A stretch of DNA of 64,000 nucleotides, from contig CAMLLT010000001.1 of the NCBI GenBank assembly GCA_946480935.1, forward strand, positions 1,889-65,888, in the 5' to 3' direction. Made by a program: the position numbers and the translations under genes. A model generated the notes under the pieces. The model was not told the DNA's origin and did no database searches. It was given only the letters and a program-made list of their open reading frames with translations. Of the stretch, positions 63,497 to 64,000 are shown piece by piece. The first letter of the stretch is position 1. Every line of letters begins with the position of its first letter. The stretch comes from an uncultured Bartonella sp. Lineage in GTDB: Bacteria; Pseudomonadota; Alphaproteobacteria; Rhizobiales; Rhizobiaceae.

Positions 63497-64000
63497 ACGC
63501 AACATCTGAAGACTGGAAAATATTCGAAACGGATGATGGTTTTTTTGAAACTGATGCTTTAAGCGTTGTTGGCGAAGACCTCATCTGCATAGCAGCTTCG
63601 TTTATGCAAACTGCGCGAATAGAATACACACGACTTTACAAGTTTGATCATGGTGTGTGGACAGCCGAGGACATGGATGAACGAATCATCAGTGCAGTCA
63701 ATTTGCGCGGCCGGTATGATATAACAGCCGACGAGACCATCAATATGTTGTTTGTAACCTATGAAGGAAGGGTTTTTACGGTTGGAGCAGAAAACAACCA
63801 GTATTTTTTGCAAGACAAGATTACAATAAACAATGATATGCTGGTTTCTTTTATGAATCAAAAGATCATTGATGATAAATTGTTTTTGTTCGGTCTTGAC
63901 CTGATTGTTGAATATTCGCATGGCCAATGGCAAAATATCTCAGATAAGCTTTATCGATGGACGCTTGATGACCAGTCTTATAGCTTCGATGACATTGAGG
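63490..64000 (+). CDS. Putative cognate immunity protein (runs off the window; absent from the ORF track)
   Basis: ATG 63490 overlaps the effector stop; open frame MVNATSEDWKIFETDDGFF...SFDDIE to the window end. Confidence 0.7.
   Translation, partial: MVNATSEDWKIFETDDGFFETDALSVVGEDLICIAASFMQTARIEYTRLYKFDHGVWTAEDMDERIISAVNLRGRYDITADETINMLFVTYEGRVFTVGAENNQYFLQDKITINNDMLVSFMNQKIIDDKLFLFGLDLIVEYSHGQWQNISDKLYRWTLDDQSYSFDDIE

Overview
Low-GC alphaproteobacterial chromosome segment. Rhizobiales-type DusB/NtrB/NtrC and overall style suggest a Bartonella-like insect-gut symbiont (inference only). A 5-kb core block (tRNA-Ser(UGA), ntrC, ntrB, dusB, gst, tRNA-Ser(GGA); 30661-35815) is flanked on both sides by accessory DNA starting at the tRNA 3' ends. 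The left side holds: a polar-amino-acid ABC operon carrying a fused aconitase-X gene; SDR-SDR-fused E1alpha/beta dehydrogenase with no E2/E3; an AraC/TonB receptor/RhtX-FptX iron-uptake module; and a decayed IS6-laden island. That island carries an uncharacterised amide-hydrolase cluster (amidase, H. pylori PgdA/HP0310-like CE4 enzyme, MFS, two SDRs, small CxxC protein, COG0523 GTPase), an MFS-GAF-amidohydrolase unit, and RpiR and serine-recombinase remnants. The right side holds a Vibrio-ordered type VI secretion cluster (tssB to tssA, with VasH/VasI) and a sigma54-driven hcp-vgrG-DUF2169-DUF4150/nuclease-immunity operon. As sequenced, tssC has an in-frame TAA at codon 39 and the effector is frameshifted at a C10 tract. 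All family assignments come from motif recognition by eye; no searches were run.
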